Below are positions 33,705 to 34,878 of a stretch of 34,878 nucleotides of DNA, in pieces. The position numbers and the translations under genes were made by a program. The DNA is from a bacterium (lineage in GTDB: Bacteria > Bacillota_I > Bacilli_A > RF39 > UBA660), in the NCBI GenBank assembly GCA_029012525.1, contig JAQXMG010000059.1:1-34878 (forward strand). The letters are read 5' to 3'. Each line of letters opens with the position of its first letter. The first letter of the stretch is position 1. Under the pieces are notes generated by a model that did no database searches, was not told the origin of the DNA, and was given only the letters and a program-made list of their open reading frames with translations.

Positions 33705-34490
33705 TTATTCAACATACCAAACTGGATTAAATATGCTAATGATATCTTTTTGTAGTGAGTTAACTTCACCAATTGGCATAGCCCAAAACAAATATTTATC
33801 TTTCTCATTACTAGATTCAAATACTTGAATTACAACGCAAGTTTCCTCTAAAACATTTTTAAAACACATCTTATATTCAACATAATAGTTGTTACCATTA
33901 TATCCAAATTTATTTAATTTAAAACCATCATATTTAATATTATTTTCTTCCATAGTCTTTAATCCATTTATAAAATCTAAAGTATCATAGTTAGTTATTG
34001 AAGTATGCCATTGATCTTCACTATTTTTTTCTGTTATAGATTTTTCTATTTTTTCATAATCATTTGATTTTAATAAATTATAGAATTTTTCAGAGTAATT
34101 CATAATCTTAAATGAATATAAACCAATATTTTTTATATTAATAATTAAAATTATAATAATAGTTAATATCAACAAAATAGATATTAATAATAACTTTTTA
34201 ATTGTTTTTTTTGATTTTTTTATTTCATATAAACTATTTTTTAAGTTACCATCAGTATCATTTTTGATATCTTTATCTAAAATTATATCTCCTTTAATTA
34301 ACTCATTAACTGTAACATTAAGTTCAATGCTTAAAGGTTCTAAAAGTGAAATATCAGGCATACATTTTCCAGTTTCCCATCTCGAAATACTTTTACTGCT
34401 TACTCCCAATTTTTCTGCTAAATCCTCTTGTGTCATTTTATTTTTCTTTCGCATATTTGAAATAAATTTTCCTATTTTTATTTGATTCAT
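33705..34490 (-). CDS. membrane-tethered XRE-family HTH transcriptional regulator
   Basis: The N-terminal HTH is MTQEDLAEKLGVSSKSISRWETGKCMPDISLLEPLSIELNVTVNELI. A single TM (LLLISILLILTIIIILIINI) is followed by a ~130-aa extracytoplasmic domain. Confidence 0.8.
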   Translation of the reverse strand: MNQIKIGKFISNMRKKNKMTQEDLAEKLGVSSKSISRWETGKCMPDISLLEPLSIELNVTVNELIKGDIILDKDIKNDTDGNLKNSLYEIKKSKKTIKKLLLISILLILTIIIILIINIKNIGLYSFKIMNYSEKFYNLLKSNDYEKIEKSITEKNSEDQWHTSITNYDTLDFINGLKTMEENNIKYDGFKLNKFGYNGNNYYVEYKMCFKNVLEETCVVIQVFESSNEKDKYLFWAMPIGEVNSLQKDIISIFNPVWYVE

Positions 34491-34878
34491 AATTTTATCT
34501 CCTCCACATAATAAAATTATAATATTATTTTAATACTTTACAGGACATAAATCGAGAATTAATAAAATTTCAAATAACTATGTTTTTGTCTCTGTTGTCA
34601 AGAGCTTTTTTGAGACCATTATCAAATATTTGTCCAAATAGTTTATTTGTCTCTTTTCATTTCCTATGAAATCACAAATTAAAAGTTATATCATATTTCC
34701 AATTATTATACTATTTTTAATACTTCCTTCGCCACTAAAACTAAATATAGAATAAGTAACATATTATACTGTCGATATTAAATTTATTATTACTAAAAAA
34801 GGATATTATTTTTTTTATAATACTCCTCCCACTGACATGAATTTTTGTTTGTATATCTTTTTGCTCCTTTTTTGTTTC

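Noticed and set aside
4296-34485. Twenty-one short track ORFs lying inside, or largely overlapping, longer genes. Twenty are antisense: 4296-4625, 4874-5182, 5612-5815, 6026-6289, 8942-9172, 10510-11085, 10713-10910, 11154-11345, 13560-13766, 16020-16217, 17143-17406, 19178-19495, 24725-24916, 24754-24966, 27000-27212, 30583-30777, 30780-31004, 31513-31698, 32512-32817 and 34264-34485. One (15383-15568) is same-strand but out of frame.
   Set aside because: Each lies mostly or wholly within a longer ORF that has recognisable homology or strong coding features. Their translations are low-complexity L/F/I/S-rich strings typical of shadow frames in AT-rich DNA; for example, the PPP runs in 17143-17406 are just the reverse of the GGx codons of the YGGGN repeats. 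None has a convincing SD.
1-34878. Alternative genetic code (UGA = Trp, Mollicutes-like), given the extreme AT content
   Set aside because: TGA functions as a stop in tightly coupled ATGA overlaps (10416-10419 and 25138-25141). Trp positions in conserved proteins (for example YATWWIRQ in RpoD) are encoded by TGG. All housekeeping ORFs have normal lengths under code 11.
34700-34878. A partial gene at the right-hand window edge
   Set aside because: All three minus-strand frames stay open from the edge for only about 20 to 45 codons before a stop. None shows a recognisable motif, so I cannot choose a frame or support a call.

Overview
Very AT-rich window (roughly three-quarters A+T by eye) from a low-GC, endospore-forming Firmicute-type genome: spo0A is present, and the code is standard (TGA is used as a stop, Trp is TGG). 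All genes but one are on the minus strand. The left flank (1-8548) holds two tandem sigma-70 genes (one rpoD-like), gpmI, a DUF4143-type AAA ATPase, spo0A, tpiA, pgk and frr. The right flank (29829-34490) holds tsf, rpsB, rplT, rpmI, infC (with a consensus promoter and an L20-leader-like attenuator) and a membrane-tethered XRE regulator. Between frr and tsf lies a ~21 kb accessory locus (8649-29729) with no mobility genes. It encodes nine exported proteins that all carry a SipW-cognate (TasA/camelysin-type) signal-peptide motif: three larger paralogs, four ~190-aa TasA-like proteins, a 316-aa protein, and a 2472-aa protein with ~30 YGG(G/S)N beta-helix-like coils. It also encodes three SipW-type signal-peptidase paralogs (one catalytically dead) that share a C-terminal -EEL tail, and cytoplasmic proteins of unknown function. 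Translationally coupled to one sipW copy are a membrane-anchored McrB-family AAA+ GTPase and a nuclease-less McrC-like partner. I read the locus as a previously undescribed multi-subunit TasA-like surface-fibre/adhesin system with an embedded, apparently co-opted McrBC-derived NTPase module. That functional reading is inference, not demonstrated. No rRNA, tRNA, CRISPR array, transposase or integrase was seen.
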